Numbered from the stretch's first letter, positions 45,429-55,188 are shown. The stretch: 64,000 nucleotides of DNA from an uncultured bacterium (GCA_937948815.1 CALFAM010000052.1:1061-65060), one strand, 5' to 3'. Numbers and translations are program-made. The notes: generated by a model not told the origin, from the letters alone.

Positions 45429-45706
45429 CGAAAGCCGGGAGGCATACAGCGGGTCGTTCTGAGAGTGGACGCCATCCGCTGTCGCCAGGGGGGCGACCAG
45501 CAGCGTCAACAGACAAAGCGCACCACGCCATTTGACCCCAGGAATGTCACCTAAAGTGGGCAGTCTTGTTGTGAATCTGTTGCGTTTCAAGGCTCGGCTT
45601 CGCTTTCTGATCGCGGCTTTCGATTCGCTGGCGAGGGCAAGTACGAACCCATCGGCGATCATTCTCTCAAGGCGAGTTTGCAAAACACAAGCCAGCACGG
45701 TGAACA

Positions 45707-47116
45707 GTGCCTGGTATGCTGCGAAAGACCGCCCAGACGGGGCGACTTTCGAGAATCCTCGTGCAGACTGGTATTCACACCTTCGAAGAGATTCAACCTC
45801 GTCTGGAGCGGGTGCTCGACGCCGCCACGGCAGACGAGACCGAGCTGGTCTGGTTCGAGCGCCAACGCGGCTGCGTACGCACGGACGGGCCTTGTCAGCA
45901 TGATCCGCCGCTGCTGTCGGTGATGGTACGGGTCGTAGAAGGGCGCAGACTCGGCTGGTTTCGCGCCGACACCGCAGAAGTCGGCGAGCTCGAGAATGCC
46001 GTACGCCATGCACTGGCGCTGGCCAAGCTCGAACCCCAACTCGGCCGGCGTTCGCTCTTTCCTCGGCGCACAGACGACAGCTTCGTTCGCGATGCCCAGA
46101 AGCTGCGCGACCCGGCCATCGAGGCACTCGACCCGGCCACCGCACTCGGGCAGCTTCGCGACCGGTGCCAGACCGGCGAACGAGGCGCCCTGCGCTGGGG
46201 CACCAGTCAGCTCACGATCTTCAACAGCCACGGCGTGCGCCGCCACACGACTGTGACCGACATCTCCGCCGATGTCTCGTCCGGTGCGCCAGACGGCGCG
46301 GGCTTTGCCTCAGCCTCCAGTCGTTCGCTGCACGGCCTTGGGCTGCAACAGCTTTTCGACCGTGCGCGCAGCCTGGCGACGAACGGCAACGCCGGTAGCG
46401 CAGCGCCAGACAAGGCATGGCCGCCGCTCCGAGGTGTGACCCCGGCGCTTCTGTCCCCGGAGGCTGCCGCCTGCTTGCTGGATGTGGTCAATGGCTATGC
46501 GTTCTCCGGCCGAGCCTTCCTCGACGGTACGTCCTTCCTGAGCCAACATCGCAACGTCCAGGTTTTCGATCGACGCGTCCACCTTCGGGATGATGGCTCG
46601 AGCGACGCCGGCCTCCCCTTCCCGTTCGATTTCGAAGGCTCACCCAAGCAGCCACTCGAGCTGATCGTCGCCGGTACGCCATCGACCCCGGCCCTCAACC
46701 GTCACCAGGGGCACCTCGCCGGCATGCATTCGACCGGACAGTCGGTCGGCGGCGGCGATTCCATGTTCGGCAACCTCTTTCTGCAATCCGGCGACGCCGC
46801 GGGTGACGATCTGCTCGCGGCCGCAGATGGCGGCATCTTCATCGGCTGGCTCGAGCGCCCGGTCTGTCTCGATCCGGGACACTTGACGGTACGCGTCACG
46901 GCGCGGGGCGTACGGGAGATCGAAAACGGTGCACTCGGCCGCGCCCTGCCCGACCTCGTCTGGGAGGACAGCCTACTCCGCGTCCTGGCTCGCGTCGAGG
47001 CGGTGGGAGGCGAGCCGGTCGTGCGTGCGATGTCGACAACGCCGCTGGGATCGATCTCCACGCCTGCTCTCGCTCTCACCGGCGTCGAAGGCCTTCGCCC
47101 CACAGACGCTTCCTGA
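45707..47116 (+). CDS. TldD/PmbA family protein
   Basis: 469-aa ORF with a C-terminal region (GNLFLQSGD...GGIFIGWLE...RGVREIENGALGRAL) resembling the PmbA/TldD fold. Divergent from pcm across a lower-GC spacer. Confidence 0.55.
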   Translation: MPGMLRKTAQTGRLSRILVQTGIHTFEEIQPRLERVLDAATADETELVWFERQRGCVRTDGPCQHDPPLLSVMVRVVEGRRLGWFRADTAEVGELENAVRHALALAKLEPQLGRRSLFPRRTDDSFVRDAQKLRDPAIEALDPATALGQLRDRCQTGERGALRWGTSQLTIFNSHGVRRHTTVTDISADVSSGAPDGAGFASASSRSLHGLGLQQLFDRARSLATNGNAGSAAPDKAWPPLRGVTPALLSPEAAACLLDVVNGYAFSGRAFLDGTSFLSQHRNVQVFDRRVHLRDDGSSDAGLPFPFDFEGSPKQPLELIVAGTPSTPALNRHQGHLAGMHSTGQSVGGGDSMFGNLFLQSGDAAGDDLLAAADGGIFIGWLERPVCLDPGHLTVRVTARGVREIENGALGRALPDLVWEDSLLRVLARVEAVGGEPVVRAMSTTPLGSISTPALALTGVEGLRPTDAS

Positions 47117-47140
47117 TCGCCGGCTACAGCGGACGCCGAT

Positions 47141-47698
47141 TCAGACGGTACGGCGAAGGCTTTGCTTCGCCGTCCGCCAGGCGCGTTGTACCGAGCTGAT
47201 GGAAAGGCCGAGGGCGTCGGCGGTCTCGGGCTCGGTCATGCCCGCGAAGTAGCGACATTCGACCACCCGCACGAGTCGTGGGTCCTTCTCAGCGAGCCTC
47301 TCGAGCGCACCATGGACGGCGAGGATCTCGTCCAGCTTGCGTCCCTCCGCAACCGTGGCTTCGTCGAGACTGACTTGAACGCGATCACCACCGCGCTTGG
47401 CCCGACGCCGGGCCCGTGCATGATCGACCGCGACTTGGCGCATCGCGGTGGCCGCCACGGCAAGAAAGTGGCCCCGGCTCCGCAAGTTCGCCCCCGCGGC
47501 TCCAATCAGCTTGAGATAGGCCTCATGAACGACCGCGGTGGTGTCGAGGGTTGCGCCCGATGGACTTCCCCGGCGCTGGCCGCGGGCGACGCGCCGTAGC
47601 TCGGGGTAGACCGATGCGACGGCCTGGTCGAAAGCATGGGGGTCGCCATCAGCGTGCGCCGCGAGAAGCGCGGTGATATCTCGATCGTCAGGCATCAT
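47141..47698 (-). CDS. ECF sigma factor (Sigma70_ECF type)
   Basis: DITALLAAHADGD...YPELRRVARGQ opening and C-terminal region 4 HTH (TEPETADALGLSISSVQRAWRTAK). Overlaps the upstream kinase stop by 11 nt. Confidence 0.8.
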   Translation of the reverse strand: MMPDDRDITALLAAHADGDPHAFDQAVASVYPELRRVARGQRRGSPSGATLDTTAVVHEAYLKLIGAAGANLRSRGHFLAVAATAMRQVAVDHARARRRAKRGGDRVQVSLDEATVAEGRKLDEILAVHGALERLAEKDPRLVRVVECRYFAGMTEPETADALGLSISSVQRAWRTAKQSLRRTV

Positions 47699-50531
47699 CG
47701 GCCCCTACAGCTTCAGCCTCCTCGGCATCGGCCGCCTGGCTGGCACCCACGCCATTCGCGGCGGCGTCCAGCCGCGCCTCGAGCGGCAACGCGTCAGCTT
47801 CTCGCCCGAGGGCGCGCAGTACCTCGGCTAGACCGCTGAGTGTCTCGCGTAGGGCCGACGCCCCTGGGTCGAGCACAACCTCGCGAATCTCCAACGCCCT
47901 CCGATACCAGGACTCCGCCTCTTCCCACCGCTCACCGGCCTTGTGAACATCCCCCAGGCCCTGGCAAGCATGGGCGACGTAACCGTGATCTGCGCCAAAC
48001 GTGCTCTCCCACAATGCAAGGTTGTGCTCGTAGGCCGCTTCGGCCTCCGCTAGCTTGCCTTGCTGGAGATAGATCGAGGCGAGATTGTGTAAGGGTACGG
48101 CGGTGGTTGGGTCGTTGGCGCCGAAGAAGCTCGCGAAAATTTCGTGCGCCCGCTTGAAAGACGCTTCCGCGGCATCGATCTCGCCCAGCCCGAGTCGACA
48201 ATTGCCGAGCTCGATCTGGTTCCAGCCCAGGTGGGAATGCTCCGCCTGGACCACCGTTTCGAAGAGGGCACTTGATTCGCGCAGATGGTCGACACACGCG
48301 GCAAAGCGCTCCTGGCGCCTCGCGACGGATCCCAAACCGGTCATCGCCAAGGCGAGCCTGACAGGATTGAGATCGGGTGCGGCCCGTGCGAGCGTGACGG
48401 CACGCTCGTATGCAACGGTCGCCGCATCGAGCCGTCCCATCTCCGCGAAGGCTTGTCCGAGCAGAGTTTGCGGCCGGATGATCGTCGGATGGTCGGCGCC
48501 GAAGACCGCTTCCCGAATCGTGACCGCCCGCTCAAGCTCGGTCACGGCCGCGTGGAACTTCTGCGCCAACCCGAGCATCTGGCCCAGCCGCTCCAGGGAA
48601 TCGGCAATCAGGGCATGATCCTCGCCCACGTTCCTTTCCCGGATTTCGAGCGCCTGGCGGACGATCTTTTCGCCTTCGTCGAAACGGCCCTCCCCCTCCA
48701 GGAAGCGGCCGAGCTCGTTCAGGGTCTCGGCCAGAGCGAGCTCGTCACGCTCGGGGGTAGACTCGTGAATCGCCCGCGCGCGGAGCAGATGGGGTTCGGC
48801 CTCGTCGAGCTTTCCACGGTTGAGCAGGGCGCGCGCAAGCAACGTCAGGGACCGTGGTAGCACCGGGTCGGCAGGCCCATTCGCTTGCTCACGCAACGCG
48901 ACTGCCTCGCCCAGCAGCGACTCCGTCTGCTCGTAGTGGCCCTGCCGCAACTCGGCGGCCGCCAGGGTTTCGAGACTCGTGATCAGATCGGGATGCTCCG
49001 CAGGCAGATGCATACGGCGCAGGGTCAACGCCTCCCGCGCCAGATTGCCCGACTCCTCGTAGAGCCCCAGGTTGCCGTAGACCGTGGCGATCGTGTCTAG
49101 CAGTCTGCCGCGGATCAAGGGTTGATCCGGAAGGTCTCGACGGAGGCGTGCCTCACCGCGCGCGAGAAGCTCGCGCGCGGTGACGTCGACACCCGCCTCC
49201 CGCAGAGGATCCGACACCTGAAACGTATCGACCAAGAACTGCGTCACCTGCCGCGCCGCCTCGGCCTCCCGATTGGCGCGCCGCGCTTCGACGGTACGAA
49301 ACACCAGCCCGGCAACCAACGATAGAAAAAGAATCGAAGCCGCGGCAACGAATCCCCGATTTCGGCGAACCAGTTTGCGCAGGCGGTAGACCCCACCGCG
49401 CGGCCCTGCCTCGACCGGTTCGTCCCGCAGGTGACGGCCGATGTCGGCAGAAAATTCGGCAACCGAGGCATAGCGCTCGCCGCGCTCCTTGGCCACGGCC
49501 TGGGCGATGATCCAGGCGAGATCGCCAGTGAGTCGGCGTCCAGCCGCTGCGGCATCGAGCCGGCGCGCGGCAGCCAGGCGCTGGCGAGTCGCGGCATCGA
49601 GCCTGCCCCAGGCCCGGCTGGGAGGCGGCGCCGGATCCTCGACGATCCGCCTGATCACTTCGAGAAGCGATGCATCGTCCTGGTCGAAGGGGCGGACACC
49701 GACCAGGAGCTCGTAAAGCAAGATGCCCAGCGCGTAGACGTCTGTCCGGGTGTCGACCCCTTCGTCACTCCCAAGCGCCTCCGGACTGAGGTAGCCGAGG
49801 GTGCCGATCAGCGCGCCCCCGGTGGCCAGGGTCTCCGAAACCAGGGGCCGGTCGATGGCTTTGGCGATTCCAAAATCGATGATCTTCGGAATCGCCTGCC
49901 CATCGACCTCCGCGACCATCACATTCGACGGCTTGAGGTCGCGATGCAGAATGCCCTTCTGGTGCGCATGCTGGACGCCGCTGCACACCGCACGAAAAAG
50001 CGCAAGGCGTTCCGGCAGTCCCAAGCGTTCCCGATCGCAATACTCGGTGATCGCGACACCCGGCACCAGCTCCATCGCGAAATAGGGATGGCCATCCGGC
50101 CCTGTACCCGCCTCGAACATCTGCGCGACGTTGGGGTGAGACAGCCGCGCCATCGCCTGGCGCTCGGCTTCGAAACGGGCGACCGCTTGCCGACTGACGA
50201 ATGCCGACTTCAGCACCTTGAGCGCGATCTGGCGCTTGACCGGCGAGACCTGCTCGGCCCGATAGACCGTGCCCATGCCTCCTTCGCCGAGCCGGTCGAT
50301 GATTCGGTAGGTACCGATTCGCTCGGGAGGCGAAGCGTCTGGCGCTGCAGCGACCGGTGTCACCGGCAGCACACCGCCACCTGTAACGAGTGAGAACGTC
50401 TCGCCCGTGAATGAGGCACCCGGACCGAGGGACGGAGCATCTTCCGGCCGATCACGGACGCCAACAGGCTCGCGATGGTTCGTCACGCAGTACTGATCTC
50501 CAAGTTTCCCCTGCCTCAGTCTAGCAACCAT
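47688..50531 (-). CDS. Ser/Thr protein kinase with TM segment and C-terminal TPR array
   Basis: GEGGMGTVYRA, HRDLKPSNV and DFGIAK catalytic motifs. One TM (FVAAASILFLSLVAGLVF). About 12 TPR-like repeats. Start uncertain (ATG 50531 or GTG 50372). Confidence 0.85.
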   Translation of the reverse strand: MVARLRQGKLGDQYCVTNHREPVGVRDRPEDAPSLGPGASFTGETFSLVTGGGVLPVTPVAAAPDASPPERIGTYRIIDRLGEGGMGTVYRAEQVSPVKRQIALKVLKSAFVSRQAVARFEAERQAMARLSHPNVAQMFEAGTGPDGHPYFAMELVPGVAITEYCDRERLGLPERLALFRAVCSGVQHAHQKGILHRDLKPSNVMVAEVDGQAIPKIIDFGIAKAIDRPLVSETLATGGALIGTLGYLSPEALGSDEGVDTRTDVYALGILLYELLVGVRPFDQDDASLLEVIRRIVEDPAPPPSRAWGRLDAATRQRLAAARRLDAAAAGRRLTGDLAWIIAQAVAKERGERYASVAEFSADIGRHLRDEPVEAGPRGGVYRLRKLVRRNRGFVAAASILFLSLVAGLVFRTVEARRANREAEAARQVTQFLVDTFQVSDPLREAGVDVTARELLARGEARLRRDLPDQPLIRGRLLDTIATVYGNLGLYEESGNLAREALTLRRMHLPAEHPDLITSLETLAAAELRQGHYEQTESLLGEAVALREQANGPADPVLPRSLTLLARALLNRGKLDEAEPHLLRARAIHESTPERDELALAETLNELGRFLEGEGRFDEGEKIVRQALEIRERNVGEDHALIADSLERLGQMLGLAQKFHAAVTELERAVTIREAVFGADHPTIIRPQTLLGQAFAEMGRLDAATVAYERAVTLARAAPDLNPVRLALAMTGLGSVARRQERFAACVDHLRESSALFETVVQAEHSHLGWNQIELGNCRLGLGEIDAAEASFKRAHEIFASFFGANDPTTAVPLHNLASIYLQQGKLAEAEAAYEHNLALWESTFGADHGYVAHACQGLGDVHKAGERWEEAESWYRRALEIREVVLDPGASALRETLSGLAEVLRALGREADALPLEARLDAAANGVGASQAADAEEAEAVGADDA

Positions 50532-50616
50532 CGCAGCCGTGAGGTGAATCGCCACCGGGCCTCGTGAGCCGGACAGAGCCAACTATCTGGCGGCACGTTT
50601 CGATTCGGAGAGACCC

Positions 50617-50808
50617 ATGTCACACAGCCACTGTACCGCTCACCGTATCGCTCGCCTCGCCCACCAAAGACTCGTGGCCGTACTCCTGGTGCTTCCCTTC
50701 GCAACTTCAGTCCAAGCCTTCGCCCAAGCCGCCCAGCGGCAGGCACCCACCGCAGCCGCTCCGATGTCCAGCGGGCTTGAATTGCTCCCCACGATTCGGT
50801 CAGCATGA
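50617..50808 (+). CDS. Possible small secreted peptide (63 aa)
   Basis: ATG preceded by GGAGAG. Signal-like LVAVLLVLPFATSVQAFA followed by a 27-aa tail. Directly upstream of the DASS transporter. Weak support only. Confidence 0.25.
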   Translation: MSHSHCTAHRIARLAHQRLVAVLLVLPFATSVQAFAQAAQRQAPTAAAPMSSGLELLPTIRSA

Positions 50809-50820
50809 GCATGAGAGCCC

Positions 50821-52407
50821 GTGCGAATCAAACGATCCATCGAAGGCGGCAGACAGAAGCCCGGCGCACGTCGAGTCGGCTTCTGGCTCGGTCTCGTGGT
50901 GTTCGGACTGGCCTTGTCGGTCGGCCAGGTGGCGCCCGACCTTCCGCTCGCCAGTCGCATGGCGGCCGTCGCCCTGCTCATGGCCATCTGGTGGATCTCC
51001 GACGCCGTGCCCCTGGCCGCGACCTCACTCCTCCCGCTGGTGCTGTACCCAGCGCTCGGCATCATGAGCGGCAAGGAGGTCGCTCCGGTCTACGTCAACT
51101 ACGTGATCTTCCTCTTCCTTGGAGGATTCCTCATTGCGCTCGCCATGGAGCGCTGGGACCTGCACAAGCGCATCGCCCTGACCATCATTCGGATGGTCGG
51201 TGGAAGCCCGGCGCTGTTGGTGCTCGGCTTCATGATCGCCACGGCGTTCCTGTCGATGTGGATCTCCAATACCGCCACCGCCATCATGATGCTCGCGATC
51301 GGCCTGGCGGTGATTCGCGCCGAGGAGGAGACGTTCGGCCCCGAGGCCGTTGCCAACCTCTCGACTGCCCTCCTGCTGGGAATCGCCTACAGCGCAAGTG
51401 CCGGCGGCGTCGCCACCCTGGTGGGGACACCGCCGAATCTGTCGCTCGTGCGCATCTTCGAGCTCACGTTTCCCCGCGCGGCCGATGCCGACGTTGCGTT
51501 CTCTTTTGGCCAGTGGATGCTGCTTGCCCTACCGCTCTCGCTACTCATGCTGACAGCGATCTGGTTGCTGATCACAAAGGTCTTCTTTCGTAGTCCGCCG
51601 GCGCTCCAGCTCACGAGCGAGGCCATCGATGCCGAGCGGCGTAAGCTCGGCCCGGTGACCCGTGAGCAGGCCGTCGTCTTTGCCGTGTTCGCGGCCACTG
51701 CCGTGCTGTGGGTGTTTCGCAACGACCTGACCCTCGGCACGTCCTTTCGGATCCCCGGATGGTCCAATCTCCTCGCCCATGGCGACCTGCTCGACGACGG
51801 CACCATCGCCATCGGCATGGCGCTGCTGCTGTTCCTGATTCCAGCGAAGAACCGTTCCCCGCAGGCATCGGGCGCCGACGATCGCTATGGAACGGTTCTC
51901 GACTTTTCCGTCTTCAGCAAGGTCCCCTGGCACATCATCCTGCTCTTCGGCGGCGGTTTCGCGCTGGCCAAGGGATTCCAGACGTCGGGCCTTTCGGTCT
52001 GGGTCGCCAGCGGTTTCGGCGGGCTCGAAGGAGCCCCGATCCCCATCATGATCGCGGGGATCTGCTTCACCCTGACCTTCCTCACCGAGCTGACGTCCAA
52101 TACCGCCACCACAGAGATGATCCTGCCGCTGCTGGCATCGATCGCCGTTGCCGCCAACATTCATCCCCTCACGCTGATGGTGCCCGCGACGCTATCCGCC
52201 TCCTGCGCGTTCATGATGCCGGTGGCCACGCCGCCGAACGCCATCGTCTTCGGCAGCGGGCGTCTGCGCATCGCCGACATGGTCAAGATTGGCATCGTGA
52301 TCAACCTCATCGGTGTCGTGCTCATCACGGTGCTCTTCGGTCTGCTCGGCCCCGCGGTGCTCGGCATCGAGCTAGACGTGCTTCCAGCTTGGGCGAACCC
52401 GGAGTAG
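50821..52407 (+). CDS. DASS/SLC13 family divalent anion:sodium symporter
   Basis: Duplicated hairpin motifs SNTATAIMM and NTATTEMILP plus PPNAIVFGSG. About 13 helices. 528 aa. Confidence 0.85.
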   Translation: MRIKRSIEGGRQKPGARRVGFWLGLVVFGLALSVGQVAPDLPLASRMAAVALLMAIWWISDAVPLAATSLLPLVLYPALGIMSGKEVAPVYVNYVIFLFLGGFLIALAMERWDLHKRIALTIIRMVGGSPALLVLGFMIATAFLSMWISNTATAIMMLAIGLAVIRAEEETFGPEAVANLSTALLLGIAYSASAGGVATLVGTPPNLSLVRIFELTFPRAADADVAFSFGQWMLLALPLSLLMLTAIWLLITKVFFRSPPALQLTSEAIDAERRKLGPVTREQAVVFAVFAATAVLWVFRNDLTLGTSFRIPGWSNLLAHGDLLDDGTIAIGMALLLFLIPAKNRSPQASGADDRYGTVLDFSVFSKVPWHIILLFGGGFALAKGFQTSGLSVWVASGFGGLEGAPIPIMIAGICFTLTFLTELTSNTATTEMILPLLASIAVAANIHPLTLMVPATLSASCAFMMPVATPPNAIVFGSGRLRIADMVKIGIVINLIGVVLITVLFGLLGPAVLGIELDVLPAWANPE

Positions 52408-52553
52408 GTGAGGGAAGCGCACCTCGCTCCGATGTCTGTCATCGCGCTTCCGCTGGGCGACCCGTTTTTCACCGACAGCGTGGACCCGACCACCTGAGCG
52501 CGTGATCTGCGCCGATCGTTCTGCGTAGGAGGAGTGGTCTGAGCGCAGGCGCG

Positions 52554-54167
52554 TCAGGGTCGTCGCCGCACCAGAACCACGGTCTGGTCATCGCCCTGGG
52601 GCAAGCCGGCACTGAAGGCCGACGTCTCTTCGTCGATCTTCGCGACCAGATCTTGGAGCGGCATGTCCTGATTGGCGAGCAAGAGGTCGGTCAGCCGGTC
52701 GAACCCGAATTCGTCGCCCGCGGCATTCGCGGCCTCGGTGATCCCGTCACTGTAGAGACACACCAGGTCGCCGGGTGCCATGGTAATCACGGCATCCCCA
52801 AACTTGGCGTGGGCCAACAAGCCGAGGGGCATGCCCCCCGAGGGAAGCGTGTCCACCGCACCGTCGGCGCGGGCCACCAAGCCCGGATTGTGCCCAGCAT
52901 TGAGGTAGCGCAATATGCCGGAAGCACTGTCGAGCTCGGCGAGCAGCATCGTGATGAACTTGTTGCTGCTCGACGATTCGAAGATGTGTCGATTGAGGCG
53001 GGCCGCCATGTCTGGGCCGATCTCCATGCGATCACCCAAGAGATTGAGGGCCGTGTGCAGCGTCGATACGAGCAAGGCAGCCGGCATTCCCTTTCCGGTC
53101 ACGTCGCCGACGACCAAGGTCCAACGGGTGTCCGCGAGCTGCCGCAGATCGAAGTAGTCGCCACCAACCTGACGGGCTGGCCGGTTCCAGCCGAGCACTT
53201 CGAAGCCGAGAATCTCTGGCATGGCCTTGGGAAGTAGCTGCTGCTGAATCTCGGCGGCCAGCTCCATCTCGCGCTCCAGGCGCTCCTTCTCGAGCGCGAG
53301 GCGGTGCAGCTTGGCGTTCTCGAGCGCGATCGCCGCTTGGTTGGCGAACAGCGAGAGCGTTCGGCGATCGGAGGTTGGGAAGGGGCCGACACCGCGTCGC
53401 GACTCCTTGTCGGCGACCAGCAGCATGCCACGGGGCGAGCGTTCGATTTCGATCGGCACGGCGAGTACATGACGACTGCCGGCGAGGGGTGAGTGAGCCG
53501 TGTCCGAGTCTTCGGTTTGGAGCGCCTGTACACGCTCGTCATCAATGGCGAACGCTGATTCGACATCGCCACCACCGAACGAGCTCAAGAGGCGGTACTG
53601 CTGATCTTCGATCAGATAGAGCGCGCCGCGCCGTGCGTCGAGCAGAGAGACCGCGCGAAACAGTACTTCTTCACCGAGATTCTCGAGATCGAGCATCGAC
53701 GCGATGGCAAGCCCCACCTCGTAGAGGTTCTCCTGCTCCACGCCTCGGAATCGGGCCTGAAAGTGATGTTCCTCGAGCTCCTTCGCGAGCTGCTGGATGC
53801 GCACACCCGCAGCCAACAAGAGGATCTCGGGATCGTCCACCTCCGGCTCCGAAGCCGCGCGAACCAGAAGACGCGCCGACGGGAGCGCGATCTGCTTCGT
53901 CCCGTCGACGCCGGCGTCTCCTTCCAGGCGCTCGGGAAAGCTCCCGCCAATCTCGGCGACACGATTCGCCACGCCACCACAGACAGCGTAGAGGCCGGCG
54001 GCCGTTACGCCCCGCGAGGCCGCCCAAGCGGTCAATCGTTCGGCAAGGGACTGACTGAGATCTGCAGAACGCCGAGACGGTTCGAGCACACCTCGCCAGG
54101 CCTCGAGGTCTGAGCCTCGAAGGTGGAGGTCACCAGAGGGAGGATCGGAAAGTTGGGCCATAGCCAA
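52554..54167 (-). CDS. GAF-domain PP2C (SpoIIE/RsbU-like) serine phosphatase
   Basis: Central GAF-like region, then the PP2C block VGGDYFD...VVGDVTGKGMPAALL...YLNAGHNP...LYSDGITEA. Confidence 0.8.
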   Translation of the reverse strand: MAMAQLSDPPSGDLHLRGSDLEAWRGVLEPSRRSADLSQSLAERLTAWAASRGVTAAGLYAVCGGVANRVAEIGGSFPERLEGDAGVDGTKQIALPSARLLVRAASEPEVDDPEILLLAAGVRIQQLAKELEEHHFQARFRGVEQENLYEVGLAIASMLDLENLGEEVLFRAVSLLDARRGALYLIEDQQYRLLSSFGGGDVESAFAIDDERVQALQTEDSDTAHSPLAGSRHVLAVPIEIERSPRGMLLVADKESRRGVGPFPTSDRRTLSLFANQAAIALENAKLHRLALEKERLEREMELAAEIQQQLLPKAMPEILGFEVLGWNRPARQVGGDYFDLRQLADTRWTLVVGDVTGKGMPAALLVSTLHTALNLLGDRMEIGPDMAARLNRHIFESSSSNKFITMLLAELDSASGILRYLNAGHNPGLVARADGAVDTLPSGGMPLGLLAHAKFGDAVITMAPGDLVCLYSDGITEAANAAGDEFGFDRLTDLLLANQDMPLQDLVAKIDEETSAFSAGLPQGDDQTVVLVRRRP

Positions 54168-54189
54168 TGCTACTGCATGGCAGGGCCGT

Positions 54190-54546
54190 CTACGCGCTAC
54201 CCGTGAACTCCGAGATTGCCGTCGGCTCGTCCGCGTAGATGCCGGCGTACTGCGCCAGGCCCATGATGTGGAAGGTCTTGTCGATCGTTGGCGTCAGGCA
54301 GCAGAAAGCAAGCGTGCCCTCGATCTCGATCATCTTCTCGATGATCTCGATCAGGATCGAAATGCCAATCGAATTGACGATCTTGGTTCCCTGCAGATTC
54401 AGGAGAAGATTCTTGTGGCCCTCATCGATCAACCCGTAGGCCACCTTGGCGATCTCCTCACCACCCTGATTGTTGATATACCCATCGGTGTACACGATCG
54501 CCAAACCGTCCCGGCGATCGACGTTCAGCTTCAAACTCTCACTCAT
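54190..54546 (-). CDS. STAS-domain anti-sigma-factor antagonist (RsbV/SpoIIAA-like)
   Basis: 118 aa. LLLNLQGTKIVNSIGISILIE contains the phosphorylatable Ser context of the STAS family. Confidence 0.85.
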   Translation of the reverse strand: MSESLKLNVDRRDGLAIVYTDGYINNQGGEEIAKVAYGLIDEGHKNLLLNLQGTKIVNSIGISILIEIIEKMIEIEGTLAFCCLTPTIDKTFHIMGLAQYAGIYADEPTAISEFTGSA

Positions 54547-54558
54547 CGAAGGCTCCTG

Positions 54559-55020
54559 TCACCGCAGCTTGCGCATGACTACGGTGGTCCCCTCGCGACC
54601 AGACTGGATGTCGACCTCGTCCATCAGACCATGGATAATCTTCAAGCCCCATCCACGTTTCGAGATGCCGGGACTCAACTTGGTCTTGAGAACCGGCTCT
54701 TCGACGGTATCCGGTGCGAAACCGATACCACGATCGCGAATGGTGATCTGAAGCCCTTTCGGGTCGTCGTCCTGCCCCATCACCGCAAAGGTGAGCTCGA
54801 CCTTCTGCGCCTGGGCATCCGAATGCTCGAATGCGTTGATGCACGCTTCCACTACGGCCATCCGCATCTCGTCGATCTTGTCGACGCTCATCCGGATGTG
54901 TTCCCCCACTGCGCAAGCTGTCTTGCTGGCGGTGAGCTCCATATCCGGGAGCATGGGGAGGGTCAGCGTGATCTCCTGCATGGCTCGAGTGCCCAAACGT
55001 GCTTGCTCTGTGAGAGCCAT
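54559..55020 (-). CDS. Anti-sigma regulatory factor / Ser kinase (RsbW/SpoIIAB-like, HATPase_c)
   Basis: 153 aa. N-box EACINAFEH and G-boxes DRGIGF and GWGLKIIHGLMDEV. Confidence 0.8.
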   Translation of the reverse strand: MALTEQARLGTRAMQEITLTLPMLPDMELTASKTACAVGEHIRMSVDKIDEMRMAVVEACINAFEHSDAQAQKVELTFAVMGQDDDPKGLQITIRDRGIGFAPDTVEEPVLKTKLSPGISKRGWGLKIIHGLMDEVDIQSGREGTTVVMRKLR

Positions 55021-55029
55021 CCCGTGGGA

Positions 55030-55188
55030 TTAGAACGTAAGGTACACCTGAAGAGCGTAGACAATGATCGGATGAATCAAGTTGTGAGACAGGAGCCACG
55101 CGAAGCTGGCCACTGTTCCGACCGTCAGCACGGCTTGGGTCGGAACCTGGGGCAACGCGACGACGTATTTCCTAATCGAGTCTAGCAT
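55030..55188 (-). CDS. Small hydrophobic protein (52 aa), first gene of the RsbW/V/U-like operon
   Basis: Below the track's apparent reporting threshold (its shortest ORF is 60 aa). ATG (complement of 55186-55188) preceded by GGAGG. Translation MLDSIRKYVVALPQVPTQAVLTVGTVASFAWLLSHNLIHPIIVYALQVYLTF. TAA lies 9 nt before the RsbW-like start. Confidence 0.45.
   Translation of the reverse strand: MLDSIRKYVVALPQVPTQAVLTVGTVASFAWLLSHNLIHPIIVYALQVYLTF

Noticed and set aside
45429-46145. 447-aa version of the pcm ORF
   Set aside because: The upstream about 200 residues are Arg/Ala/Pro-rich, overlap the divergent TldD/PmbA-like gene and have no family similarity. Only the proximal signal-like segment is kept, as a separate finding.
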